This document shows positions 37,101-47,900 of a stretch of 64,000 nucleotides of DNA, piece by piece. The notes beneath the pieces were generated by a model. The model ran no database searches, had not been told where the DNA came from, and worked only from the letters and a program-made list of their open reading frames with translations. This stretch comes from Podarcis tiliguerta (lineage: Eukaryota): NCBI GenBank assembly GCA_965153285.1, contig OZ229119.1; one strand, written 5' to 3'. Numbering within the stretch: the stretch's first letter is position 1; the number at the start of each line of letters is the position of its first letter. Made by a program: the position numbers and the translations under genes.

Positions 37101-38912
37101 GTGCAAATGGGTCTCCCCTCTGCAGACCCCCTCCCCCCGATTTGCTCTGGGAAGTTGGAGGACCCTTCAGAACAGATTGGAGGGTACAGGGAGGGGGGGG
37201 GGAGAGTAAAGGACATTCCTGTTGTATCTTCTAGTGTGACACTGGTCACTCAGTTTCCAACCTTTTGGCTGTCTTTGTGCAGCCTGATCCTCTGCTTGGT
37301 AGAAAAATCCAATGTTGAAAAGGACATACTTCCATTTATGGCGTGATTAGAATTGCAACATTAGTATGAAATATACAAGAAATGAAATGTCATCCTAGAT
37401 CAATGACATTTTTCTAAAGCTGAAGCCAAGGCGGCAATCCTATAAGCACTTATGTGTGTAAGTGTCATGAGCAGACACTAAGGAAGCAGGGCTGTGCAAA
37501 AAAAAGACTTTAATCCTGACACTTCTATAGCTGTGTCATTCAGAAGAGCAATCTGCAGCAAAATGAATGGTTTTTTTTTAAAGTAACATCAGAAAGTAAA
37601 ACATGAAAAGAAAAAAGACCATCCATTTAAGCTACAGTCTCATGATCACAAGACTTACACAATAAATATTAGAATATTTTTCATAAGTAATTGCACTATA
37701 CAAAGTAAAACTTAAAAGCCATCTAAATGAATACAATTTCAGACAGCATAAATGCTTCTGGTAGGGTTACTGATAATAATTTCTGAATACATTCTTAATT
37801 AGTATTTACTGTATTCAGTATTATGCTCTATAACTGTTTCAAAAGGTAAAATAGTGGCTGCAATATGACAGACTTATTTCTCAGCAAGTATGTTTAGCAG
37901 CTCAAATCAATTTAAAGTGTAATCTACTCAGAAAAAAGTTCAGTGTTACTTCCAGGAAGTTTGTATAAGATTGCAACTTTAAGCATCTGGTTTTGAGAAA
38001 AGAAACTGACTTAATATATGGATGGCAAATGTAATTACTAAACTTGATTTTGCACCTGAGTGTAGTTTATCTAGCAAGGTACAGTTAATACCAGTTAATG
38101 AAAAATATCTCAGACTTTAGAGAAGTTGAGAAACACCCACACCATTAAAATGACACCCTTTTGAATTACCTTTTCAGATATTAAGTTAATCTTATTTTCT
38201 GTATCTTGAAACTTGGCAGCTTCTTGCTTTAATAAATAGTATTTCTCTTCCACTTCAGCCAGCTGAGCTGACTGCTGAAAAAGAAACCTGGGAAATGTAG
38301 AAAAACAGAATCAGCAAACAACTTACAAAAGCAATAGACTTTTTCCACGTTACTGAATCACCTACTTCAGCACAACTTGCAATCCAAAAATATGGATGCA
38401 TAAATATTGGAATGAACTGACTCTCAGCAATTTCTTGGGTAGCCCAATCCTATATGTTTAGTTAGCAGTAAATTGAGTTGAATGGGATTTATTCTCAAAT
38501 AATTGCATGTATGATTTCAGCTTAGCCTTGATTTTATAATTCAGATAAAAATATATGCCATAATTAAAGAGCAAATGTGAAGGACTCCGTTAAGGTATGA
38601 TGTTTATACTTAACAGTATAGACAGATGACTTGAGCCCCAAAGCTGAACCTGCCAAGCAGCTGAAGATGAAGAAACGGGTTTGGGCTTATCACTTGCAGA
38701 AGACATCAGTGTAAAGACAAACTTCCCAGTCATTTTGCTTACCATGTCAGCCCTAGGCAAGCTATAAGGGACAGTAAACTCGAGGCCGTTCGTGGGTCCC
38801 GCCAGCCGGACTTTTCATCACCAGTAGTCCTCAATATCGGTGCTGTCTTCCCTTGATCTTCAGTTGATTTGCCTGAAAGGTTAGCTTTCCTTCTTTGCTT
38901 AACTTCAGCCAT
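33381..38912 (-). CDS. IKBIP: IKBKB-interacting protein (two isoforms, 347 and 368 aa)
   Basis: Coding exons 38912-38743 and 38287-38170, then either 36519-35701 or 34136-33381. N-terminal TM segment followed by a coiled coil. Confidence 0.94.
34982..35071. mobile_element. 90-bp hAT-type MITE
   Basis: TIR CATAGCTGTCAAC/GTTGACAGCTATG with perfect 8-bp TSD CTTATTTA. Confidence 0.85.
35415..35642 (-). mobile_element. Sauria SINE, 5'-truncated, in the 3'UTR of the proximal IKBIP exon
   Basis: AAGGTAAAGGGACCCCTG... is the reverse complement of the Sauria 3' half. Confidence 0.88.
35701..36519 (-). CDS. IKBIP: IKBIP proximal alternative terminal exon
   Basis: FESSSGILQEAS...ERLKDLEDST...YEPKLEECKTHLP...LEGMQYDNS; CAG acceptor. 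Confidence 0.93.
   Translation of the reverse strand, partial: FESSSGILQEASFFLSMMTKFEQEVFNLRNIINDIQNSEQALSKRMQTTDAKFQNIIKSWEKSQTELDTNTSSLKSEARLLHIEVTSQINAADQKLKSLSERLKDLEDSTVRNLKTLSRQEEDELAKVEQQLQSDTKAVGKLEEQQNSILARNNDLRQKLAGYEPKLEECKTHLPAIENAIHSVLRISRDLMAVEKKMEDMTTKVFSVEDEMMKAVSDIMDIQKTLEGMQYDNSLLRLQNEVLVLKEKVHDFAESTTETGKNTENYQSVNDE
38170..38287 (-). CDS. IKBIP: IKBIP second coding exon
   Basis: FLFQQSAQLAEVEEKYYLLKQEAAKFQDTENKINLISEK; 118 nt. Confidence 0.92.
38743..38912 (-). CDS. IKBIP: IKBIP first coding exon
   Basis: MAEVKQRRK...GWRDPRTASSLLSLIACLGLTW; GTAAGC donor; upstream acceptor at 38938. Confidence 0.92.
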
Positions 38913-39122
38913 ATTTCCAACGTCTTATACGGGAATGCCTGCATAGATCAAGCGGGGGTAGGTTGGGGGACGACAACTCGCTACTTACAAATCTTTTCAA
39001 AAATGGACTGAGCATCGTCTCTCCCCCCCCATCCTATGCATGTTTCATTAGGAAGCAAGTCAGTGGAGTGTTAGCCTTGCAGAGGCATCTTAAGCCTGCC
39101 TGCTAAGGAACGCAAGTGCAGG

Positions 39123-39178
<56 letters not shown>

Positions 39179-39525
39179 TTATTTATACCCTGCCCATCTA
39201 GCTGGGTTTCCCCAGCCACTCTGGGCGGCTTCCAACAGAACACTAAAATACAGTAACCTATTAAACATTAAAAGCTTCCCTAAACAGGGCTGCCTTCAGA
39301 TGTCTTCTAAAAGTTTGGTAGTTATTTTTCCTCTTTGACATCTGGTGGGGGGGGTGTTCCATAGGGCGGGCGCCACTACCGAGAAGTCCCTCTGCCTGGT
39401 TCCCTGTAACTTGGCTTCTCGCTGTGAGGGAACCGCCAGAAAGGCCCTCGGCGCGGGACCTCAGTGTCCGGCCAGAACGATGGAGGTGGAGACGCTCCTT
39501 CAAGTATACTAGACCGTGGTCGTTT
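39123..39525 (-). mobile_element. L2-like LINE 3' fragment with (ATT)n tail
   Basis: (AAT)n at 39123-39177. Minus-strand ORF remnant YLKERL...FRRHLKAALFREAF is typical of an L2 ORF2 C-terminus. Confidence 0.75.
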
Positions 39526-39599
39526 GGGTTGCAACCCCAAACAGCCTTGCTCCCTAGTAAGGCTGTTTGGGGTTGCACCCTTCAAGCTTACAACCCCTC

Positions 39600-40400
39600 A
39601 TTCCACCCGTTCCCTCTTCTCCTTGCTCCCTAGTTTAGCACCCCACCCACCCCCGTTACCAAGGAGGGAGCGGAAGTTCTCCCAACATTTACCTCAGCCC
39701 CGGGTCTTCACGCGCAGACATCCACTTCTCGGCGCCACGTCAAAGCGCATGCTCGCCAATACTTACCCCACCCGCCTAACTTCGCGGGCGCGAGAGAGGG
39801 GCGGTCGAACGAAATTCACGAGCGAGGATGGCGAAAGGCGCGCGCGCTTCCTTTCTTCCTTTCTGGTTGGCTGGCGGGTGCCGAGCACTCGGCAGCGCGC
39901 GCACCCGACTTGGGTACACGAGCCTCCGCGGCTTTGTTTCGCCCAGCGCCTCTTGGGGGGGCTTCTTGAGAGGCGGGGGCTCAGTCGAACTAGGCGCCTC
40001 CCCTCGGAAGGTGCGGTGCGGACTCGCCCCGCCTCCGCTCGCCATTCGCCTTGCCCCGGGGAGGAGGAAGTGGCCGCTATTTCCTGGGTGCCCCACCCGG
40101 GGTGAGAAGAAGCAGACCCTGTCAGGGAAGCTGCGCCCCTGCCCCGCTCCCCACAAAACGCGCACGGTGCTGCCTGTGTTCCTCAGGTAACCCTTCCGGC
40201 AGCCGTGAGGTGGAGGGGGGCAGAGGGGGCGTAGCCTTGTGAGGAGAAAATAAGAAAGACACGAACAGGCGCGAGAGAGGGGGGTGGGGAAGAAGGAGGT
40301 GAGAGACGGTTTGGGTGGGGGGGTCATTGCTAAATTATCCGGGGCGGGGGAGTGGGCCGCCTGCCCATTGACTTCTCAAAAGTCCGCCCCTGTACTGTGT
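39600..40400. promoter_or_regulatory. Bidirectional CpG-island promoter of IKBIP (-) and APAF1 (+)
   Basis: CpG-rich. Minus-strand donors at 39693 and 39767; plus-strand donor CAG|GTAACC at 40186; E2F-like TTCGCGGG at 39781. Head-to-head arrangement as in mammals. Confidence 0.8.
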
Positions 40401-41832
40401 TTCTTGATTAAGGCAAATGAGGGGCTGGGCTTGGGTATTATCACACAGGTGATAGATTTATATGCGCATATATCTCCGGGGCAGTCACTAAATTCTGATG
40501 GTAATCTGCTGCCTGAAGACGCAACTTGATGCACCTGACAGCGCAAATCCCAGTAACAATAGATTATTCCGTTTTTCGGATGCACTTCCTTAAGTCTTTT
40601 GTTCCGCATAATTCTGATGGCTTATGTGGGCAAATATCCAAGCTCGTATGTCATCCCTCTATTTGCCTTTTGTTTAGGCGGTGGTTTGTCCTTGCATATC
40701 TGGAGCAGAATGGCTTCAGTTGGTGAAGTCTGGAGACTTAACATTATTTTGCAAGTTTGTTTTTTGCTTGTGTGTATATTCAGATGGGTAGACAAGATAA
40801 CTGGCAGGGTGTGCTTTAAATAACTTCTTCTATACTTGGAAGCTACGTTGCTGTTGCCAGCAGCTTCTTACTAATTGTATGGACCAATAAAGTATAAAGA
40901 GGTAAACAATAGTCTCCTAGTGTGTGTTGCACTGTACTACAGAAGTTTGTAATGGATGTTCTACGTTAGTCTAGCAGCGACGTCTACTGGAAAGTCTTCT
41001 GTTAACTTTATCTGTGTTCTAATGATGTGTGTGTTTTTTAATTGTCATGTGGATTTAGCTGTGTTTTATGTACAATTTCATTTGTCCATTGCTTGGAGAG
41101 CACTTTGATCAAGTCGTTTTTAAACCTGTAGAGTGTTTCGTCAACATTAATTTTATAATCTCAAGCTTCCAGTGGCTTTAATAGTTTTTTTAGACTCTAT
41201 ATAGGTCATGTACAGTTTTTTTTCAAGTGTATAAAAACTTTTAATATCTGCATATTTAACTGCACTTCTTTTCTGTGAATTACTGTAGATTCAATTAATA
41301 TTGTGCTTCTTTAGTATTGCTATCTATATTTCCCAAGATCATTAAATAACATTTTTATTCACATATCTGCTTGCCTACCTCAGATCATCATTCCTTTGCA
41401 TTATTGAATTATCTTCTGATAAAGTTTTCTAAGGATTTTTTTATTTTGTTACATTCAGAATACTGTTTGGAATGGTGTATTATAAACTTCAGTGAACCCC
41501 TGGTTCATGAATAATTAAAAAACTACCTACATACTGATGCCTCCAGAATCAGTTGCAGATTGAAATACTGGTAAGTGTTGTATGTCTAATAAGAATCCAT
41601 AGAATCCATAGCAGTCTTTACTTGATTAACAGTCCATGAATACAATGCACTTTTCATGCCAATACTGTAAAGGAGATTGATTGATACTTGATTGGCAATT
41701 TTAGTTTTTCTTGAAATAATGTAATGGTGATTTTTACACACTTTAAGGGTATTTTTTAAAATTTACTAAGTTTATATTGTCTTGGCTAGCTCATGTTACC
41801 ATTCAGCAAGGAAGAAACAAGTTGGAATAAAA

Positions 41833-41970
41833 ATGGATATGATGGCTCGAAGTTATTTGCTTCAGAATTGCGAGGCATTGGAAAGAGATATCAAAACTTC
41901 TTACATAATGGATCATATGATTGCGGATGAAGCATTAACATTGCTGGAAGAGGAGAAAGTAAAAGCCCAG
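41833..41970 (+). CDS. APAF1: APAF1 exon 2 (CARD)
   Basis: MDMMARSYLLQNCEALERDIKTSYIMDHMI...VKAQ. Confidence 0.94.
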
Positions 41971-44900
41971 GTAAACTATTTGCAGTTTTTGTATTTTATG
42001 CTGCTGTAATATTTAAGCACCTACAGACTCTCTTATAAATGCAGTGCTCTTCTGGTTCTCATGGACATTAGTGCAATACAAAGTTGAACACTGAAGTTGT
42101 AAAGTTGATACCTTTAACATAAAAAGTAGAAATATTTTTAGCTAAATGAAAACCTGGATTGGCTCCAGATGAAGCTAGTTGCAATTAGATCCCATGGATA
42201 GTTAGTCATTAAATTAACATGTGACTACCTATCCATGGGAACTAATTGCAACTAGCTTCATCTGGAGACAGATGGCTTTGAAATCAGTGGGACTCTCCCC
42301 TTTATTTCAGTGGCCACTAAGTGAAAATAACTTACTCTGTGACTAAAAACAGTAATTTAATAATGTTAATAGGAAACATAGCAAAATAGACATGCTCAAT
42401 TTACGTTAAATAAAATGTTACCGTCTTCACCTTCTAGAAGATCTGGTTGCACTCAGACTGTGTCCTAAAAAAAATTGAGGAGAGGGGTGTCATTCTTTCA
42501 TAGGTTTGAGCAATTGTCTCCCTGAGTATCTTAGACATGGTTTTTCATATGAATGTATGTTTTGTTGAATTAATACTTTATAGATGTGTGCCTGTGGTAT
42601 GTACATGGTATTAAGGCTGCAAATGTACACATGCGTAAAGGTAAAGGGACCCCTGACCATTAGGTCCAGTCGTGACCGACTCTGGGGTTGCGGCGCTCAT
42701 CTCGCTTTATTGGGAGGGAGCGGGTGTCCAGCTTCCGGGTCATGTGGCCAGCATGACTAAGCCGCTTCTGGCGAACCAGAGCAGCACACAGAAACGCCAT
42801 TTACCTTGCCGCTGGAGCAGTACCTATTTATCTACTTGCATTTTGACGTGCTTTCGAACTGCTAGGTTGGCAGGAGCAGGGACTGAGCAACGGGAGCTCA
42901 CCCCGTCGCTGGGATTTGAACGACCGACCTTCTGATAGGCAAGCCCTAGGCTCTGTGGTTTAACCCACAAGGCCACCCGCCACATGCTTACCTGGAAGTA
43001 AGTCATAGTGCTCGCATTTGGACGTCATCCTAAATCATTGTTTAGCACAATGTGAATAAACCTATTCTTCTAGCTGCTTGTGCTCTGCTACCAGGTGGCC
43101 AAAAGAAGCTTTCACTTCTGTTTTTAGTTAACTACAGCTTTCTGTGTACAGTTAATTTAAATCTGGGTGGGCAATCTGAGAACTCCAGATGTTGTTGAAC
43201 TCAAATTCCCATCTTCCCTGACCATAGTGGTTGGGACTGATAGAATACAACAACATCTGGAGGGCCACAGGTAGTTTAAAACAAGCAAATTTTATAAACC
43301 ATGACTTGAAATTGACTTGTTTTAAGCTAAACTGTTTTAATCTTAACTACTGTGTTGTTATCACATAACATGACAAATCCTGCTTAACTAAAAGCAACAG
43401 TTGCTAAACAACTCTTGGCCATCTGGGAGGAAGCTCAGAAAGTGCAAAAGGAAACCAGGGTTATTCATTTCCTGCAGCTAAACTATGGCTTAGGATGACA
43501 TTCAAAAACTGCCATTGAGACTTATTTTGGAATAGACATGCATCATAAAAAGGTAAAGGTAAAGGTACCCCTGCCCGTACAGGCCAGTCGTGTCCGACTC
43601 TAGGGTTGTGCACCCATCTCACTTAAGAGGCTGGGGGCCAGCGCTGTCTGGAGACACTTCCGGGTCACGTGTCCAGCGTGACGAAGCTGCTCTGGTGAGC
43701 CAGCACCAGCGCAGCACACGGAAATGCTGTTTACCTTCCCGCTATAAAGCGGTACCTATTTATCTACTGGCACTTAGGGGTGCTTTCGAACTGCTAGGTG
43801 GGCAGGAGCTGGGACCGAACGACGGGAGCTCACCCCGCCGCGGGGATTTGAACCGCCGACCATGCGATCGGCAAGCCCTAGGTGCTGAGGTTTTACCCAC
43901 AGCGCCACCCGCGTCCCACGCCACCCACGTCCCACAATCTGACATGCATCATATTGGCCTGCAGAAGTGCACAACTGCCTGGATTGCTCGCTAAGTAACC
44001 TAGCAATTGTTGTATGGGACATAATCCACCTAAATCCAAACTTAATTGATTTCAGTGGAAAAGATTTAAACGCAAGGTCCCACTATCACAGCGGAACCTC
44101 TGTATACTTGTCCTTGCGCCTGAAATGGGGCTTAAAAGTGCTGAAGGTTGAATAGATTGTATCAAATATGTATTGTCTTTTTGTTCCCTTATTAGACTAC
44201 ACAGAGAGAACGAGCAGCTATGTTAGTAAAAATAATTCTTGCCAAAGATAATTATGCTTACGTATCCTTCTATAATGCACTGCTTCATGAGGGATACAAA
44301 GATCTTGCTGCCCTTCTCCAGGATGGCATCCCTATTCTTTCCCCTTATAATGGAAAGAATTCTATGGATGGAGTAACTTCATATGGTCAGTATGACAAAC
44401 TATTCTTCATTGCATGACAATATTCTGTACTCTGCTTTTTATTGAAAAAAGTATTTCAGGACATATTTAATTTCTATGGTCCCTTCACTTCCAAGTGATT
44501 TAATCTACAATATACAAATCCACTAAAGTAAGTCAACAATAGGGTTGCATTAGTTTTTGTGGCTTGTGTGTAGGAGTTTAATTTTCATACTATTACTATT
44601 GGGGACTAAGGTTAAACTGATTGGGACTAAGGTTAAACTGATTTTCCCTTCCAGGATTGTCTCCATACCAAACAGCTGAGGAATGCAATTTGTGCTTCTT
44701 TTAAAGGGCTGGCTGCTACACCTACAACCTAGGTGATTTGAAGCCAAAAATATTTTAGTTGGCGTCTAAATGGAATAATTATCATGAGTGATGATGCTAT
44801 TCTGTGTATTAGGAGTGGTGATATAGTATTTCTATTTAATACTTTAAAACTCTGCAAGTTATATTGTCTACATTCTTTCTAATTTTTTGTATCTTCTGTT

Positions 44901-47900
44901 TTTGAATTTAAGTTAAGACAATTCTCTGTGAAGGTGGTGTTCCACAGCGACCAGTCGTGTTCGTCACTCGTCCAGAACTAGCAAATAGAGTTCAACAGAA
45001 ATTGTATAAATTAAAAAACGATCCAGGATGGGTTATTGTTTATGGCATGGCAGGCTGTGGAAAGACTGTTTTGGCGGCAGAAGCATTACGTGACCACAGT
45101 CTTTTGAAAGGTATTTCTAGCTGTTTTGTATCAATAAGATATGTTCTGCTTCTTAGAGGTTATTGCAAAGGATAGTTTACCTCCAGACAAGAGGTGATAT
45201 GTGGTGAAAATAGCTTGCCTGAACCATGTATTTTTTAATTTTTTATTTGTGAATACTAGAAAATCACATGAGGAGTAGTGCGGTTTGACTCACAGAAGCA
45301 AATACTGTAGTTATGAAATAAGCTATGACTTGCCCTAAACTGAAAATGTATTTTGGATCTCGTGTAGATGGCTATGTTGCTGCAACCATATTAACTAATT
45401 ACATTATTTTTGTAACACAATTGGTACACTAACCTTTCATGTAATACTGCTATCACTGTAAAAGTGAAGGGTATTACATTCAACAGCTATAGCAGCAAAA
45501 GAGCATATCTGGTGTGAGTAACAGTATTTTGAGCTTTGAGAACTGAGCCCTATATGCCCTCTTTGAATGATGCAATATATGTGTCCTATACCTATTTGTG
45601 CTGAATGTAAACATCCTGTTCTCATTTGTTTCTCTTAAAACAGCTTGATTTTATTTATTATTTTAGGCATTTTACACTGTTTGGCAGCCAAAAGATTCCC
45701 AGAGCAGTTTACATAATATCAACAGCAAACAAGACAGTCTTTGACCTCAGGCTTACAATCTAGAAAATATGTCACAAAAGTAAATTGCATGGCAGGGGAG
45801 AGGAAAACAAGCCAATTTAGGCACAAATATAAACATTTATAATTTTTTTCAGTTAGCTTTGTTGCTTTTTAAAATAAATAGATTTGTTTATGTTTAGACA
45901 TACATGTAACTATATCTATATATATTATAATTTCAACTTTGCATCTTTTTGCTAGATTGTTTCCCAGGAGGAGTACATTGGGTTTCTGTTGGGAAACAAG
46001 ACAAAGCAGGTCTGTTAATGAAACTCCAGAATCTCTGTCTAAGATTAGACCAGGACTTCACTTATTCTCAGAGGCCACCACTTAATATAGAGGAAGCTAA
46101 AGATCGCCTTCGTTTGCTATTTTTGCGCAAATACCCAAGGTACTGTCAATAGTGTAAAGAAATATCTGAATATTTCAAGTCAGCTACTAGAATTGTGTTG
46201 TCTTTGTTTCATGTATGTACTCATTGGCTTAATCAAGACTTTTCCAAGGACTTGGCTAGACTGGTAAAGAAAAGGAGATTTTTATGCGTTGTATGTACGA
46301 TATAACATTGTTCTTTTCTACGTGTTTTCCCTGTTTAAATTTACAATGCTTTAAATTGAACCGCTTCTTCGATGTATCTAGATCCAGCCCAAGTCACAAT
46401 TAGCAATGCTCTGTCTTCTAGCATGTGAATTTAAAGTTCCTTACCATTGGTGAATTTTTTGCACGTTTACTTGCTTGAAAAGAATTCTAGATTGCATGCT
46501 TGGTTCATCTAGAGCGGGACGATCCAGCCTTTCAGACCAAGTGGGCTGCAAGAGTACTTCTATACAGAACCTGCAGGACACACACTGAATTCAATTTCCA
46601 GGTCATAAATTGAAGTGTTCACAATATAGTTAATATTATTTAGTATACACAATTAACATGTTTAATTGAAAATAGAAGAGAATGGTCGTTAGCGCTAGCA
46701 ACGCTCCTTTAGTACTTAGCAAGGGCTGCCAAAAAAAGGCTGCCCTGCAGGCTTCATGTTAAACCACTCTGACCTAAAGCATGAGCCAGATTTGTTAGTT
46801 GTCGTTAACAGAACTCCTTACTCCCATTTGATTCTAGTTGTAATGAGCAATATGTTGAACGTATGTCCAAAAGACTTACTGAATTGATTCAGTATAACTA
46901 CAGTGGTGCCCCGCAAGACGAATGCCTCGCAAGACGGAAAACCCGCTAGACGAAAGGGTTTTCCGTTTTGGAGGTGCTTCGCAAAACGAATTTGCTATGG
47001 GCTTGCTTTGCAAGACGAAAATGTCTTGTGAGTTCCTGCGGGTTTTCCCCCCCTCTCCCCCCTTTTTCCCAAGCCCCTAAGCCGCTTAACAGCTGATCTA
47101 AGCCGCTTATCAACTGATCTAAGCCGCTAATAGCCTTTTAGCAGCTAATCCGCTAATCCCTCAAGCCTTTAATAGCCGCTAATAGCCTTTTAGCAGCTAA
47201 TCCGCTAATCCCTTAAGCCTTTAATAGCAGCTAAACCGCTAATAGCGCAATCCGCTAATGGGCTTGCTTCGCAGGACGAAAAAAACCGCAAGACGAAGAG
47301 ACTCACGGAACGGATTCTTTTCGTCTTGCGAGGCACCACTGTAGTTCCAGACCATGGCTTCTCCACAGTCACCAGCTATCTCTGGCTGATCTCAACTCAT
47401 CCAGATTCAGAATTTAGCAGTATTTAGCTTTTTCTATTGTGCTTCTTGTAACATACCTAGCTGTTTTTGGAAAACAACTATCTTTTAACAAATACGTTCA
47501 AATGAGGGTAACACTGAATACAATATTAGCATGTCCTTTAGCTCTGCAAATGTTTAATAAATGTAAAATACATAGAAAATGCTGTTCATTAAGTATAGAA
47601 CTGCTATGGTTTGGTCCAGTCAAGCTCTTGAGAGTTGTCCCGGACAATAATTCTTTCTTCTGGGCAATTTTAGTTGTCGTGGATATAAAGCACATGAGAC
47701 TCAATTTTTTGTTTAGAATAAATATTTAAAAGGGAGCACTTTTGAAAAATGAAGTGAAATGAAAAGTCTATTGGTTCTTAACATATTGAGGAATCTTCAA
47801 AGCAGGTGTACAGTGCCTCCAAGCTTGACGTGTGTTTTTTCTAATAGGTCTCTCTTGGTGCTTGATGACATTTGGGATTCCTGGGTATTAAAGTCCTTTG

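Noticed and set aside
39261-40529. Long ORFs across the IKBIP/APAF1 promoter
   Set aside because: CpG-island and LINE-remnant frames.
47075-47260. Short repeat array as CRISPR-like
   Set aside because: No unique spacers, eukaryotic context, and it lies inside a MITE.
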